A DNA stretch of 63,584 nt, counting the filler, from Reclinomonas americana ATCC 50394 (lineage: Eukaryota): assembly GCA_048213135.1 (NCBI GenBank). It is 14 parts of 14 records of this genome, joined end to end, with 100 filler letters (N's around TTAATTAATTAA, not from the genome) between each part and the next. Parts side by side here need not be neighbours in the genome. Positions count along the whole stretch, not along the records: positions 61,047 to 63,584 come from AFZH01019667.1; 13 more parts are not named here. One strand, given 5' to 3'. Position numbers and translations under genes: made by a program. A model generated the notes under the pieces. That model worked only from the letters and a program-made list of their open reading frames with translations, had not been told where the DNA came from and made no database searches. The stretch's first letter is position 1. Every line of letters starts with the position of its first letter. This document shows positions 61,401 to 63,584 of this stretch, in pieces.

Positions 61401-63584
61401 CATTGCCGCCCACATTGATCGACTTGCTGCCAGAGATCTGCGTGTCCATGTTCCCCAAAGTCAGCAAACCCCTCCCGGCACACCACCCGAAAATGAGCAA
61501 TCCCACTCACAGTCACATCGTCAGCAAATGTCGACGTGCCGGTGACAGCCAGTGTCGTGCCGATCGACGCCGTTGTCGTCGTCGTCAGCGATCCAGTCTA
61601 CAACACCATTCAAAATCAGCACAACTTCGATCTTCCATCCTCGACGCACAGCGAGCAGACGCAACAGCAAGCAGGCCAGTGACAGTCGCTCCACCACTCG
61701 CAGTCAGAGGACCCGTGACACTCGCCGATCCACTCACAGTCAGGTTGTTACCGCCATTGATCTGTGCAAATGGTACGACGGATGAGTACCGCCACAAGTG
61801 AGCACCATCGCATGCCACTTACCGCGACAGTCGATCCAAACGAAGCCGCCCCGCCGACGGTCAATGTCGCTGGTGACGTGACCGTAACATTGCCATCGAG
61901 ACGAGTAGTTCCTCCCACCGTGAGCCTATTCACAACCGCGACGTCGCCTGTCAATGTCGATGCACCGGCAACGGTGAGAGTGGCACCCATGTCCAAGGTG
62001 ACGTTGCCACTAAGTGTTGAGGCGCCATCCACTTTCAGAGCGCCACCAGCTCGCAGGGTTTTCACAGCATTCGTCAGCTGTAACGTGCGCACATGTCAGC
62101 AACGCAAGTGTAGGAGACAAGTAAAAAACAGGCACGGTCGGAACAGACCGTCACATCGCCGCCAAAAGTTGCGTCCGTCGAGAACTATGCACAAACAGAG
62201 GTGAGTTTTGGAACGAGGGCAGAGGTAGATCTACTCGACGACAGCATTGCCAAGTATGCACGCAACGGTAGCTGCACCGGACACAGACAGCGTACCGCCG
62301 CCGGTAATCTACGACAAAACCGACAGGCATTGTTCAACAATTGCGCACAAAGAGCACAAGGAAATGGAATCGAGCGAACCGACACGTTGCCACCCAGTGT
62401 TGATGTGCCGCCAACTGTGAGGTTGGCCGGCACGCTCAGAGACGCACCAGCACCCAAGCTGACTCCTCCATTGAAAGTCGCCAAGCCACCGACTGTAAGC
62501 GTACTGGCACCAGTGATGCTCACATTGCCTCCAAAGCTCGAGCTTCCAGTAGCCACAGAGAATTGACCAGTGCCAGTGATCTGCAACCATTTGTCGTTCA
62601 GCAACTACAGCCACACGGCAGGAAGCACAAGGTGGAAAAAACTAACCGCCACATTCCCGCTCGTGGAGAACGAGTTCGAACCGGCAATGATGACAGGTCC
62701 GGAGAACGTTGATGTGCCGGATACACCAAAAGTGCCTGACACAGTGAGGTTGGCCGAGTTGCCGACAGTGACGTTTCCATTCAAGTTCGTCGTTCCGCCG
62801 ACAGTGAGGGTTTTGGTTCCGGCCACAATCACGTCGCTAATAATGTTGCCCGAGAAGCTCACAGCGCCGACAAATGTACTTGCGCCAGTAATCGACAGTG
62901 TGCCACCCACATCGAGGTTGCGGTTCGAGCCAATCTACAGAGCACCATCATCATCAGTCACAAAAGAAATGCCGATATCAACATTCAGTCACAGCATGCA
63001 ACGCGACGCACCGACACATTGCCGTTGAAGGACGAGGTGTTGGCCACGGAAAACATGCCGCCGACCTGCAAGTCGCTGTCCAGTGTGGCAACGCCGACCA
63101 CCTAATCGCAACACATCACGCATCAGCGGGAAAACCCCCTCGTACGTCCACATGGACAAGCAATTGTTGTTTGCGAGTGCACTCACCGACAGCGTAGAGC
63201 TCAGCTTCGTGGCCGCAGTCACGTTCAACTTCGCACTGAGTATCGTGTCGCCACCGACGGTCAGCGTCTTATTGCCAGAAATGGTGACATTCTCGAAGAA
63301 GGTGCTGGCGCCGGTGACACCCAATGTGCCGCCAACTGTCAAGGCGTTACCGAGCGTCAAGTTGGTCGTGGCAGCACTCTGTAAACGAAAACATTAGGAG
63401 TAAATCAATCACATGTAGCATGCAATCGTCTCAAACCGTAATGTTGCCGTTGAAAATCGCAGTGCCAGCCACAGTCAGAGCGCCGTCAATGCGAGTAGCA
63501 CCAGTGACCGCCAGATTGTTAGAGGCCGCAATGGTCACCGTGTTGGAGAAGACGCTGGTTCCGGTGACGCTCAGCGTGGCCGGA
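55440..63584 (-). CDS. Giant Gly/Thr/Val/Ser/Asn beta-repeat fibre-like protein with C-terminal peptidase S74 (ICA) chaperone domain and coiled coil; 5' end outside window
   Basis: Dozens of LTVGG.T.L.GNVT / TLNVTGA.TF repeats over spliced exons; C-terminus PSDMRLKRDV...VARLNAVAFEWN...EVGLLAQQV..VMPELV...LAVKYSHLSAVLVQALQEQQ plus a heptad tail. Confidence 0.85.
57480..61750. repeat. About four near-identical ~1.1-1.4 kb exon+intron blocks tandemly repeated inside the fibre gene
   Basis: GCCAGAGATCTGCGTGTCC recurs at ~57571, 58937, 60003 and 61429; the TLRSQGSLKVDG exon recurs at ~58180, 59550 and 60600; intron sequence is also shared. Confidence 0.9.

Noticed and set aside
55440..63584. Prophage or contaminating viral contig
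   Set aside because: The gene has host-type GT-AG introns including GTTGCG donors, and no capsid, integrase or other viral genes are nearby.
1..63584. Stop-codon reassignment or pseudogenisation suggested by fragmented ORFs
   Set aside because: In the genes I reconstructed, stops fall inside GT-AG introns; TAA, TAG and TGA all serve as terminators.

Overview
Scaffolded eukaryotic (unicellular protist-type) genomic DNA, GC-rich and very gene-dense, with many short (~60-90 nt) GT-AG introns rich in (GT)n/(CA)n. It has 13 gaps of 100 nt, each carrying a TTAATTAATTAA linker. Several genes run across gaps, so the contigs look correctly ordered. I reconstructed spliced genes by eye: KDSR (3' end), NSE4, two tandem Slo/BK-type K+ channels, a Rab11-like GTPase, F-box/LRR and LRR genes, a mitochondrial carrier, mitochondrial PheRS, RAD51C, an NCL-type Ca2+ exchanger, SCO1, a divergent MADS-box factor, DTWD2, a large TM-PAS-class III cyclase, and POC1. 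Three items stand out. (1) A >8 kb intron-containing gene for a phage-tail-fibre-like beta-repeat protein ending in an intact peptidase-S74 autocleaving chaperone, expanded by tandem duplication of whole exon+intron blocks. (2) An in-frame, apparently mitochondrion-targeted fusion of a TrhO-type tRNA U34 hydroxylase with a TrmR-like O-methyltransferase. (3) A Ki-67-like protein with a Ki-67-type FHA, a PP1-docking motif and about 13 TP-containing repeats. There is also a distinctive GTTGCG splice-donor class and three degenerate non-coding repeat arrays. All gene models and family calls come from manual reading and recalled motifs; no searches were run and the organism is not identified.
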